From assembly GCA_963780225.1 (NCBI GenBank), contig CAWAAX010000011.1, positions 1 to 64,000 of the forward strand: a stretch of DNA of 64,000 bases, in the 5' to 3' direction. The first letter of the stretch is position 1. Every line of letters begins with the position of its first letter. Below are positions 50,531 through 59,232 of the stretch, one piece after another. The stretch is from an uncultured bacterium. GTDB lineage: Bacteria; Edwardsbacteria; AC1; EtOH8. The notes beneath the pieces are model-generated. The model was not told the DNA's origin. It saw only the letters and a list, made by a program, of their open reading frames with translations, and ran no database searches. A program made the translations under genes and the position numbers.

Positions 50531-51196
50531 TTATGCCTTCATCGCAAAAACAAATAACGTATCATCCTCGCTTAGCTTCCCGCCATTCAATTCCTTTTTC
50601 AAACCAGCCAGCCGTTCCAACCAATATTCTTTTCTTTTGCTTTTCTCTGCAAAATAATCAAATTGCTCGAAATACTCAACAAATTCAATGCTTTGGTCGG
50701 ACTTGACCATCCGGCTTTCGTATTCAATCCCGCGTGAAGTGAAATATTCCCGCAAGGCCTCCGGCGCGTGGTGTTTGTAATGCGGATAGCCTATTTCTTT
50801 TTGTAACTCCAGAAATAAGTTTTGAGCCGCTATTGTATTCCGTTTTTCTTCGCTTCTGGGATCATCTATAGGCTCTTCAATGCAAATATGCTTGGAGGAA
50901 ACCCTTGTCATTTCATTTAAGACATCCGACCATTCCAGGATGTGGTGCAGGGAGGCCCTTTCAAGCACCAGGTCAAAACTGTTTTCCGGATATTTGATGT
51001 TTCCGGCATCCATGCAGACAAAATCAACGTTGGATAGCTGGTTTTCCCTTTTGCACCGGTCGATCAGGGGTCGGGAAGAATCAATGGCCGTAATATGTCC
51101 GCAATACGGCGCTATTTTTGCCGTAAAACTACCGCAACCGCAGCCGACGTCCAATATTTTTGCTGGGATTAGCGATTTTATTTTACTTATTAACAT
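50531..51196 (-). CDS. Class I SAM-dependent methyltransferase
   Basis: ILDVGCGCG; SFDLV; LHH. Confidence 0.85.
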   Translation of the reverse strand: MLISKIKSLIPAKILDVGCGCGSFTAKIAPYCGHITAIDSSRPLIDRCKRENQLSNVDFVCMDAGNIKYPENSFDLVLERASLHHILEWSDVLNEMTRVSSKHICIEEPIDDPRSEEKRNTIAAQNLFLELQKEIGYPHYKHHAPEALREYFTSRGIEYESRMVKSDQSIEFVEYFEQFDYFAEKSKRKEYWLERLAGLKKELNGGKLSEDDTLFVFAMKA

Positions 51197-51277
51197 AACT
51201 TAATAGATTTTTGAATGTAACCCAAACGAGTCTTTTGTTATTCTTGTGATAGATAAACCCTTTTGTTGGACGACAAG

Positions 51278-52165
51278 CTAAGTGCAATCTTCTTTATAAA
51301 CCACATTAAAAGGCTCTAATGTTTTAATAATGTAATCAAGGGGCTTTAAATCTAAAATCGTTTTTGTTGTATTATAAACACACCAGAATAAAAATTCATC
51401 ATATTCAATAATTATCGAATACTCAACATTATCGGTTAATTGCGGTGTTTTTACATTTCTTTCGATTATACGATAAATAATGTTAGTTGCCTCCTTGGGA
51501 AGGTCGTACTTTTTATATTCTATGGTTGATTTTGGGTACGCCTTTTTTGTGTTTCGTTCGTGTAATTTTATAAAATATTTTAAATAGTCTTTTTTGTACA
51601 ATTTACCAGTGGGATCCTTTTTGGGTTCTATATTGACATACATAAAACTTTTATCATTATCCAAAGAACTTATATATGCAAGTGTATTTCTATTGCTTTT
51701 TGTGCCGTCTATAAACCAAGAGGGTGGCGTGGACAATAAAACCCCGTATGACCCTCGATATATTATTGCACCGTTTCCTGGGTAGCCGTTTAACTCAAAC
51801 ATGCTCATAATATCAAGTTGAATTTCGGGTGAGTTATTGTTCTTAGCTCTATGATACGCAGCTTCTGAATATCCTTTATTTGTAATCAATACCCCCTTAT
51901 TAATCTTTAAATCTTGCATCATCCCGATAAAGCTATCAACATCTTTTACGTCAATACATTTTGAATAATATTTGCAATCTATTGCAATATTTATTTCATA
52001 TGAAGCAATATTTCTAGAAACTAAAATATCAATTTGTCTCTCAATCTTTGATAAATACCCTTTTAGCTTTACATTATGTTCAATTTTGCAATCTGGGTAT
52101 AGCTCTTGAAATTTTTTCGCTATTATCTTTTCATAGTTTTTCCAACCCATAAACATACCCTTCAT
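51278..52165 (-). CDS. AT-rich Mrr-like (PD-(D/E)xK) restriction endonuclease domain protein
   Basis: RQIDIL...IDCKYY...GVLIT.KGYS; unknown C-terminal half. Confidence 0.8.
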   Translation of the reverse strand: MKGMFMGWKNYEKIIAKKFQELYPDCKIEHNVKLKGYLSKIERQIDILVSRNIASYEINIAIDCKYYSKCIDVKDVDSFIGMMQDLKINKGVLITNKGYSEAAYHRAKNNNSPEIQLDIMSMFELNGYPGNGAIIYRGSYGVLLSTPPSWFIDGTKSNRNTLAYISSLDNDKSFMYVNIEPKKDPTGKLYKKDYLKYFIKLHERNTKKAYPKSTIEYKKYDLPKEATNIIYRIIERNVKTPQLTDNVEYSIIIEYDEFLFWCVYNTTKTILDLKPLDYIIKTLEPFNVVYKEDCT

Positions 52166-52229
52166 TTATTTGTGCGCAGTATAAACTGGTTATTAACTTT
52201 CCGCCTCTACAGTTTATAGTAGCATCCTG

Positions 52230-53336
52230 TCACTCCACCTTCACCAACTCATACTTCCTGCTCCCCAGCCCCATCTTCTCCGCATGCTCCAGCTGCCAGG
52301 CCCAGTCCACCTCCGCGTAAATATCCCTAAACTTGTCGCTGCCCGGTTTATGCGCCTTCTCCAGCGCCGAGTTCTTGTTCCCCCCGGCCTGCATCACCAG
52401 GTCGTTGCTTGCCGCGTCAATGGCCACCGGGTCAAGCGACCCGCAGATGCCCAGGTCCGGCACAATGGGGTTGTCGGCGTGGCCGTAGCAGTCGCAGGCC
52501 GGCGAGACGTTCATGATGAAATTCAGGTAGCCGATCTTGCCCTTCTTGTTCTGGGCAAACCCGGCCAGGTACTCCGCCATCTTCTCCTGCATCTTCTGGG
52601 CCCCGGTGTCCCAGCCGTTGCGGGCGGCGTGGGTGGGGCAGACCACGATGCACGAGCCGCAGCCGATGCACTTCTTGGGATCTATCACGGCGTATTTGTC
52701 TATGGCAATGGCATCGGCCGGGCAGTTCTCGGCGCACTTGCCGCAGGCTATGCACTTCTCGGCCTTGATCACGGGCGTGACGTCGGAATGCATGGCCAGC
52801 TTGCCGCCCCGGGCTCCCCCGCCCATCCCCAGGTTCTTGATGGACCCGCCAAATCCCGCCAGCTCGTGACCCTTAAAGTGGGTGACGCAGACGATGGCGT
52901 CGGCCTTGTATAGGTCGTGGGCCAGCTTCACTTTCTTCAGGTGGGTGCCGTTGACCGCTACTTCGACATACGCCCCGCCCCGCAGGCCGTCGGCGATCAT
53001 CACCGGGCATCCCAGCGAAGAGTAGGTGAACCCGTGCTGGTGGGCCGTCTCCAGATGGTCGACCGAGTTGGAGCGGCTGCCCACGTACAGGGTGTTGGCA
53101 TCGGTGACGAAGGGCTTGGCCCCCAGCTCTTTTATCTTGTCCACCACCGCCCGCACAAAGTGCGGCTGAACGAAGGCGGTGTTGCCCCGCTCGCCAAAGT
53201 GAACCTTGACCGCCACCAGTTCGCCCTTGGCCGCGACTTTGGAAAGCGGCATCTGGTCCATGATGTCAGCCAGCTTGGCGTAGATGTTGCGCTGGGACGA
53301 TTCGCTAAAATCGGAAAAGTAAACCTTGCTGGACAT
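52230..53336 (-). CDS. DUF362 / 2x[4Fe-4S] protein
   Basis: KVHFGE; HFKGHELAGFGGSIKN; two ferredoxin motifs; CDC. Confidence 0.88.
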   Translation of the reverse strand: MSSKVYFSDFSESSQRNIYAKLADIMDQMPLSKVAAKGELVAVKVHFGERGNTAFVQPHFVRAVVDKIKELGAKPFVTDANTLYVGSRSNSVDHLETAHQHGFTYSSLGCPVMIADGLRGGAYVEVAVNGTHLKKVKLAHDLYKADAIVCVTHFKGHELAGFGGSIKNLGMGGGARGGKLAMHSDVTPVIKAEKCIACGKCAENCPADAIAIDKYAVIDPKKCIGCGSCIVVCPTHAARNGWDTGAQKMQEKMAEYLAGFAQNKKGKIGYLNFIMNVSPACDCYGHADNPIVPDLGICGSLDPVAIDAASNDLVMQAGGNKNSALEKAHKPGSDKFRDIYAEVDWAWQLEHAEKMGLGSRKYELVKVE

Positions 53337-53363
53337 ATTTTGTCCTCCTAATTGCAATTGCCA

Positions 53364-53422
53364 CCCCTCTCCGCAACGGAGAGGGGCAGGGGAGAGGTCT
53401 GCCTAACCACGGGTAGGGGTCA
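53364..53422. repeat. Family C-like palindrome overlapping the 3' end of the pgsA-like gene
   Basis: CCCCTCTCCGCAACGGAGAGGGG hairpin plus a GGGGAGAGGTC arm. Confidence 0.6.
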
Positions 53423-53921
53423 AGACTTTTAGATACAATATCCCCGAGACCACTACCATTACCACCGAACCATACAGCAGATACAACCCCCAGGGCTGCC
53501 AGTTCAACGAATAGCATATTATGGTGGCCGCCATTAAGGTTACCGCCCACTTGCCCGGCCAGTTGGAAACCGGCACCACCTTCCTCTTTTTCATTATGAA
53601 CAAGCCCCCGACCACAATCATCAAATCCCTTGCCACAATCAGAACTGCCGCCCACAGCGGAAAGCCCCGCCACAGCCACAGCGCCATGGTCAGGGTATTG
53701 ACGCAGATCTTGTCGGCCAGGGGATCCAGTATCTTTCCCGAATCCGTGACCTGCCCCAGCCGGCGGGCAAAGAACCCGTCGAAGTAGTCGGTCAACACGG
53801 CCAGAAACAGCAAGACCAGCAACAGCCAGTTCTGGTTGTATTTCAGACAAAGCACGATGAACGGCAGCAGCGCCACCCGTGCCAGCGAGAGGATATTGGG
53901 AAAGTTGAGGTTTTTGTTCAT
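53403..53921 (-). CDS. pgsA: CDP-alcohol phosphatidyltransferase
   Basis: PNILSLAR; DYFDGFFAR...G.ILDPLADK; GK. Confidence 0.8.
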   Translation of the reverse strand: MNKNLNFPNILSLARVALLPFIVLCLKYNQNWLLLVLLFLAVLTDYFDGFFARRLGQVTDSGKILDPLADKICVNTLTMALWLWRGFPLWAAVLIVARDLMIVVGGLFIMKKRKVVPVSNWPGKWAVTLMAATIICYSLNWQPWGLYLLYGSVVMVVVSGILYLKVLTPTRG

Positions 53922-54106
53922 AACGGATAAGTTTAACCTTAGCCTGCCGTAAAGTCAAGAAAAAATGGAATTCTGGCCGGCAACGGAAATGGCCCCGGAT
54001 CGCAGTTTTTGGGAACCAGGTTTTGTGAAAAAGCATCTAATTATATTAGGCCCCACGCCGGCCATATGCCGTTGTGCTGTTTTTTGTTGATTGATAAGTT
54101 TTATCG

Positions 54107-54135
54107 TTGACAAAATACTAATCTTTTGCTATGCT
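54107..54135 (+). promoter_or_regulatory. tRNA promoter
   Basis: TTGACA-17-TATGCT with an extended TG. Confidence 0.7.
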
Positions 54136-54150
54136 TAGATAAATATATCC

Positions 54151-54237
54151 GCCGGCGTGGTGAAACTGGTAGACGCAGTGGACTCAAAATCCACCGGTAG
54201 CAATACCATGGGGGTTCGATTCCCTCCGCCGGCACCA
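54151..54237 (+). tRNA. tRNA-Leu(CAA)
   Basis: Acceptor GCCGGCG/CGCCGGC; anticodon arm GTGGA-CTCAAAA-TCCAC; long variable arm; GGTTCGATTCC; encoded CCA. Confidence 0.95.
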
Positions 54238-54495
54238 AATGTACTCCCTGCTTGACAATAGTCCGCCGTAGGCGGGCACCATCTTATTACAAGTATTTCA
54301 ATCATAATACCCTGAATAAGCCTGGCTGCCTACAATGCTTGTGGGGGTTCTGCGCCGGCAGCAATTCATGGCATCCTCGCGACGGCGCATCCGCCGCCGC
54401 CCGGCAAGATAGCCCGACTGCTGGCGGAGATTCCCTCCGCCGGCACCAAATGTACTCCCTGCTTGACAATAGTCCGCCGTAGGCGGGCACCATCT
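54218..54495 (+). repeat. 67-bp exact direct repeat containing the tRNA 3' end
   Basis: 54218-54284 is identical to 54429-54495 (period 211). Confidence 0.9.
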
Positions 54496-54653
54496 CATAA
54501 CCAAGAACTTGGACAGTAATCCGCCGAAGCAAAAGCGCACAAGGGAGCTTTAGCGTAGGCGGGCACCACACCATAATCCCTGCCGGGCAGTAGCCCCGCC
54601 ACCGGCGGGACACCATCCCATTACTATTGACCTTACAAACAACAGCAGCATAT

Positions 54654-55733
54654 ATGACCAACGGCCATCCTCAACTTCCCCAGATGGACCAGCTCCTGGA
54701 GGAACTGGTCCTGCGCGAAGCCTCCGACCTGCATTTGCGGGTGGGCGAGGCTCCCATTTACCGGATCGGCGGCAAGCTGGTGCGCAGCGAGTTCCCGGTA
54801 ATGGCGGAAGAGGATACCAAAAGCCTGCTTTATTCCATCATGACCGAAGAGCAACAGCGCCGCTACGAAAAGGACCTGGAGTTGGATTTTGCCTTCGGCC
54901 TGGCCGGGGTGGCCCGGTTCCGCATCAACATTTTCCGGCAGCGGGGCTATGTGGGGGCCATCATGCGGGTAATACCCTTAAAGATCAGGACCTTGGAAGA
55001 ATGGAAGCTTCCGCTGATATTAAAAGAATTGGCGCTGCTTCCCCGGGGATTGATACTGATCACCGGACCCACCGGCAGTGGCAAATCCACCACCCTGGCG
55101 GCCATGGTGGAGCATATCAACAACAACCGCCGCACCCACTTGATCACGCTGGAAGATCCCATCGAGTTTTTATATAAGGACAACCTGGCCATCATCGAAC
55201 AGCGCGAGGTGGGCGCCGACACCCCCAGTTTCGCCTCCGGCCTGCGCCATGTGATGCGCCAGAACCCCGACGTGATACTGGTGGGCGAGATGCGCAACTA
55301 TGAGACCATGTCCCTGGCCATCGCCGCGGCCGAGACCGGACACCTGGTGCTGGCCACTCTTCACACCACCGACGCCGCCCAGACTGTGGACCGGATCATC
55401 AACACCTACCCGCCGGAATCACAGTCCCAGGCCCGGGTTCAGTTGGCCACGGTGCTTCAGGCTGTAATCTCCCAAGCCTTGTTGCCGGCGATAGGCGGCC
55501 ACAAACTGGTAGGAGCTTTTGAAATAATGCTGGGCACTCCGGCCGTCCGCAGCATCATCCGGGACGGCAAGACACCCCAGATCTATTCCCTGATCCAGAC
55601 CGGATCCAAGTTCGGGATGCAAAGCCTGGATTCCGCCCTGAAGGAACTGGTGACCAGCGGGCAGGTCACCCTGGAGGATGCTCTGGCCAAATCATCCAAT
55701 CCTACCGAACTGGAAACCTCCATCGGCCGATAA
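54654..55733 (+). CDS. pilT: Type IV pilus retraction ATPase
   Basis: ASDLHL; GPTGSGKST; EDPIE; GEMR; AAETGHLV..TLHT; AVRSIIRD. Confidence 0.9.
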   Translation: MTNGHPQLPQMDQLLEELVLREASDLHLRVGEAPIYRIGGKLVRSEFPVMAEEDTKSLLYSIMTEEQQRRYEKDLELDFAFGLAGVARFRINIFRQRGYVGAIMRVIPLKIRTLEEWKLPLILKELALLPRGLILITGPTGSGKSTTLAAMVEHINNNRRTHLITLEDPIEFLYKDNLAIIEQREVGADTPSFASGLRHVMRQNPDVILVGEMRNYETMSLAIAAAETGHLVLATLHTTDAAQTVDRIINTYPPESQSQARVQLATVLQAVISQALLPAIGGHKLVGAFEIMLGTPAVRSIIRDGKTPQIYSLIQTGSKFGMQSLDSALKELVTSGQVTLEDALAKSSNPTELETSIGR

Positions 55734-55842
55734 TGCGGCCTGTGACTAGAACTATCATCCCCATTTCCCATTTTTCGCCCTCCTATTTAATTGTTCTCCC
55801 TTTTCCTATTTGCCCATTTCCCATTTATTTAATTGAGAAAAG

Positions 55843-56925
55843 ATGCAACTGGCCGAATTACTATATCTGACCTTTCAAAAAGGTGCTTCCGATCTGATCC
55901 TCAAGGTTGGCACTCAGCCAGCCTTAAGGCTTCAGGGCAATCTGGAGCCGGTGGACCTGCCGGTGCTGACCTCGGAGGACACCAAGCGCTTTGCTGTGGA
56001 CATTATGACCAAGGAGCAGCTGGAGCGTTTTCGCCGGGAGCGGGAGCTGGACATGGCCTGCTCCATCGCCAATCTTTGCCGTTTCCGGGCCTCGGTGTTC
56101 TTCCAGAGGAACGAGTTCGGGCTGGTGTTCCGGGTGGTCCCCAACCGGATCCCCACCGTGGACGAACTAAACCTTCCCATCGTCTGCAAAAACCTGGCCA
56201 TGCGCCCCCGGGGCCTGATATTAGTTACCGGTCCGGCCGGCTGTGGTAAGTCCACCACCATCGCCGCCATGGTGGAGACCCGCAACACCAACCAGGACTG
56301 CCATATCGTCACCATCGAGGATCCCATCGAGTTCATCTATCAGGATAAAAAGGCCGAGATCAACCAGCGGGAAGTGGGCAAGGACACCCACAGCTTCGCC
56401 AATGCCTTAAAAAGCGTGCTGCGCCAGGACCCGGATATGATCGTGATCGGCGAGATGCGCGACCTGGAGACCATCCAGCTGGCCATTACCGCAGCCGAGA
56501 CCGGGCATCTGGTGCTCTCTACCTTGCATACTACAGATTCCATGCAGACCATAGACCGGATCGTGGAGGTCTTTCCGCCCCACCAGCAGGCCCAGGTGCG
56601 GGTACAGATCTCGGGCAATCTGCTGGCTGTGCTCTCCCAGGTCCTGCCCAAACGGGCCGACGGCAAGGGCCGGATAGTGGCCTATGAACTGATGCTGATC
56701 AATAGCGCCATCCGTAATTTGATCCGCGAAGGCAAGACCAGCCAGATCCCCTCGGCCATCCAGATGGGCACCAAGCAGGGCATGATGCCTTTGAACCATT
56801 CCCTGGCCGACCTGGTGCGCCGCCGTCTGATCACCCTGGACGAAGCCTTGATCCATACCGACAACCAGGACGATTTGAAGAATAACATGTCCCGTGCGGC
56901 TGCCCCGGTGCCGCCGGCAAAATAA
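55843..56925 (+). CDS. pilT: Type IV pilus retraction ATPase, second paralog
   Basis: GPAGCGKST; EDPIE; LRQDPD; AIRNLIRE. Confidence 0.9.
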   Translation: MQLAELLYLTFQKGASDLILKVGTQPALRLQGNLEPVDLPVLTSEDTKRFAVDIMTKEQLERFRRERELDMACSIANLCRFRASVFFQRNEFGLVFRVVPNRIPTVDELNLPIVCKNLAMRPRGLILVTGPAGCGKSTTIAAMVETRNTNQDCHIVTIEDPIEFIYQDKKAEINQREVGKDTHSFANALKSVLRQDPDMIVIGEMRDLETIQLAITAAETGHLVLSTLHTTDSMQTIDRIVEVFPPHQQAQVRVQISGNLLAVLSQVLPKRADGKGRIVAYELMLINSAIRNLIREGKTSQIPSAIQMGTKQGMMPLNHSLADLVRRRLITLDEALIHTDNQDDLKNNMSRAAAPVPPAK

Positions 56926-57209
56926 TCTACCGGTTAAAACTTTTTTCTGATAAATGATCATTCACCAAGGTCGGATTTTCCGGCCTTTTGCTTTTTATTG
57001 ACGAAGCTTGATATGCCGGATATTTTTATTAGGAATCCCAGCCTGCGCTAAAGCTACGGCTGACAGGCATGAAACCAGGAAATATATTATTTGACTTTCG
57101 TTTTTTTTAGAAGCAAACTCTCTCACCCCTGCTTGCCTCTTTCCCGGTTCCCCGTTCCAATTTCCTATTTAACTATTTCCCATTTATTAATTTATTTACT
57201 ATTTATTTA

Positions 57210-58403
57210 ATGAAGCCTTCCCGCTACAATCACCTCATCCGGCGCCGGGGCCGGTCCCAGCTGCTATACAACTGCGTCCGGCGGAGCTTTTTGCCACTGG
57301 ACCAGGTGCAGGCGGCCATCTACGGCGGCCTGCAGATGCCCATCACTCGCAACCTGATGAATTTCAAGGACCCGGCGGTGGAGCAGACCATGCAGCTGCT
57401 GACCGAGGGCGGCTTCCTGGCCGAGGAGCAGGCCGACGAAATTTTGGAGCTGGAGCTGAGCTCCAATCTTTTCCGCTTCTCTCCCCGGCGGCTTGACCTG
57501 TGGATCGGTTTGACCACCCGCTGCGAACTGGACTGCCCCGGCTGCCCCTATCGCGAAAAATCACAAGACCTGAGCCCCCGGGCCGTCGAAGAAATCAAGT
57601 CCCTGGTGCTGGAGCGCCCGGGACTTAAGGAACTTTCGGTGACCTTTTGGGGCGGCGAACCGGCCCTGGCCTGGCCCCTGGCTCTGGAGCTGAAAGAATG
57701 GTTGGATGAAACCTGCCGGAAACTGAACGCTCATGCGGTTTACAATGTGATCACCAACGGGGGGCCCGGCCATCTGCCGGCGATCGTCAAGGACAAGCAG
57801 AATAGACCGGACCTGCTGTTCATCAACCTAAGGTCGGGTGAAACGGTGAACGACCCCTCGCTCCGGGCAGTTTACCTGACCAGCCTGGCCGGATTGGGCG
57901 AAAGCCGGGACAAACTGCTCCCTTCGGCGGCGCTTAAGCTGATCCCCGGAAAACCTTCGGAAAAACTCTGCCGCAACCTGGCCGGGTTCTGCCAGAGCGC
58001 CCCCCGGTTCAGCGACGAAGAAACGGATGTCTTGAAATATTTGGTAACTTCGGGGTTTGAGATCCTGAACCTGCCCCGGCCCAAGCCGGTTTGCTGCCAG
58101 GCCGCTGACCCCCAGAGTTTCATCGTGGATCCGGAGGGCAACATTTACAAATGCTGGAACGACGTGGGACGGCCGGAGAACCGGATCAATGAAAAAATGA
58201 ATGATCCCTTCTCCCCGCAATTGTTCAAATGGATGGCCTGGAACCCTTACCGCCAGCAGCATTGCCGGATCTGCGGACTGCTGCCCTGGTGCCTGGGCGG
58301 TTGCCTGGACCAGCCCCCCGACGAGGACTGCGGACTTTGGCATTACTCCCGGAATGATATTTTAAAGTTGCTGGCGGCCGGACATGAAAAACGGACGAAG
58401 TAA
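57210..58403 (+). CDS. Radical SAM/SPASM domain protein
   Basis: CELDCPGC; GGEP; TNG; SPASM cysteines C..G.IYKC..CRICGLLPWCLGGC..C. Confidence 0.8.
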   Translation: MKPSRYNHLIRRRGRSQLLYNCVRRSFLPLDQVQAAIYGGLQMPITRNLMNFKDPAVEQTMQLLTEGGFLAEEQADEILELELSSNLFRFSPRRLDLWIGLTTRCELDCPGCPYREKSQDLSPRAVEEIKSLVLERPGLKELSVTFWGGEPALAWPLALELKEWLDETCRKLNAHAVYNVITNGGPGHLPAIVKDKQNRPDLLFINLRSGETVNDPSLRAVYLTSLAGLGESRDKLLPSAALKLIPGKPSEKLCRNLAGFCQSAPRFSDEETDVLKYLVTSGFEILNLPRPKPVCCQAADPQSFIVDPEGNIYKCWNDVGRPENRINEKMNDPFSPQLFKWMAWNPYRQQHCRICGLLPWCLGGCLDQPPDEDCGLWHYSRNDILKLLAAGHEKRTK

Positions 58404-58446
58404 AAACTTCGTCCGTTTTTTCTGGATTTTCTGATTGAAGGCCCCG

Positions 58447-59154
58447 TCACTTCTCCCCGGTCCGGGCCATCAGGGTTAAATAGGTCTTGGCCCTTAAATT
58501 CCCGGGATCCTTGGCCAGACAGATCTGCCACTGTTTGCGGGCTTTTTCTTTCTGCCCGTTTTTCAAATAGGCCACCCCCAGGAATATAATGGCCTCGATG
58601 TAATCGGGGTGGGACCTGGTCAGCGTTTCCAGTTCTTCGATGGCCATGTAATACTGCTCCAGGTTCAAGTGGGTCTTGGCCAGCTTCAGTTGAACATCGT
58701 GGTGGTGGGGATTGAGCTTGAGCGCCTTTTGGTACTCCTCGGCTCCTTCGGTATTATACCCAATGTCACAATAAGTATCGCCCAGTTCGGCATGGGCCGA
58801 AGATAATTTATTACGGGTGCCGGTGGTCATCCCGCCCTTGATATCCTCGGCCTCGGTGGCCTGACTGAAAAAGGAGACCGCCTCTTCGTAACGGCCCAGC
58901 TCGTTTAAGGTGATGGCGATGTTCAGGTGGGCCTCCACATACCGGGGATTAAGCCTGATGGCCTGTTTAAAGGTCTTGATGGCCAGTTCGTATTCCCCGT
59001 TCAGGTGATAAGATAGGCCCAGATGATTGTACAGGTCTGCAAAATTGGGAGCAATCTTGATGGCTTTTTTAAATTCCTGGATGGCCTCGCCGAACCGCCC
59101 CTTGGCATAAAGCTCGCGGCCTTGCTGTCCATGTCTTTCGCTTTCAAAGTCCAT
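58447..59154 (-). CDS. TPR protein
   Basis: Repeats such as AIRLNPRYVEAHLNIA. Confidence 0.88.
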   Translation of the reverse strand: MDFESERHGQQGRELYAKGRFGEAIQEFKKAIKIAPNFADLYNHLGLSYHLNGEYELAIKTFKQAIRLNPRYVEAHLNIAITLNELGRYEEAVSFFSQATEAEDIKGGMTTGTRNKLSSAHAELGDTYCDIGYNTEGAEEYQKALKLNPHHHDVQLKLAKTHLNLEQYYMAIEELETLTRSHPDYIEAIIFLGVAYLKNGQKEKARKQWQICLAKDPGNLRAKTYLTLMARTGEK

Positions 59155-59232
59155 TTTCTTTCCTTATATTTGTTCCCAGATGCCATAAAGATACGAAATC
59201 TCAAGCCAAAAGTCAAGGGAAATCATGTTTCC

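Noticed and set aside
51200..51277. attC site after the Mrr-like gene (GTCCAAC follows the stop codon on the minus strand)
   Set aside because: There is no convincing complementary GTTRRRY end or L-box pairing, and no integron integrase in the window.
54238..54615. CRISPR-like array or intact genomic island at tRNA-Leu
   Set aside because: The repeated motif is short and irregularly spaced; only 144 bp separate the direct repeats and there is no integrase.
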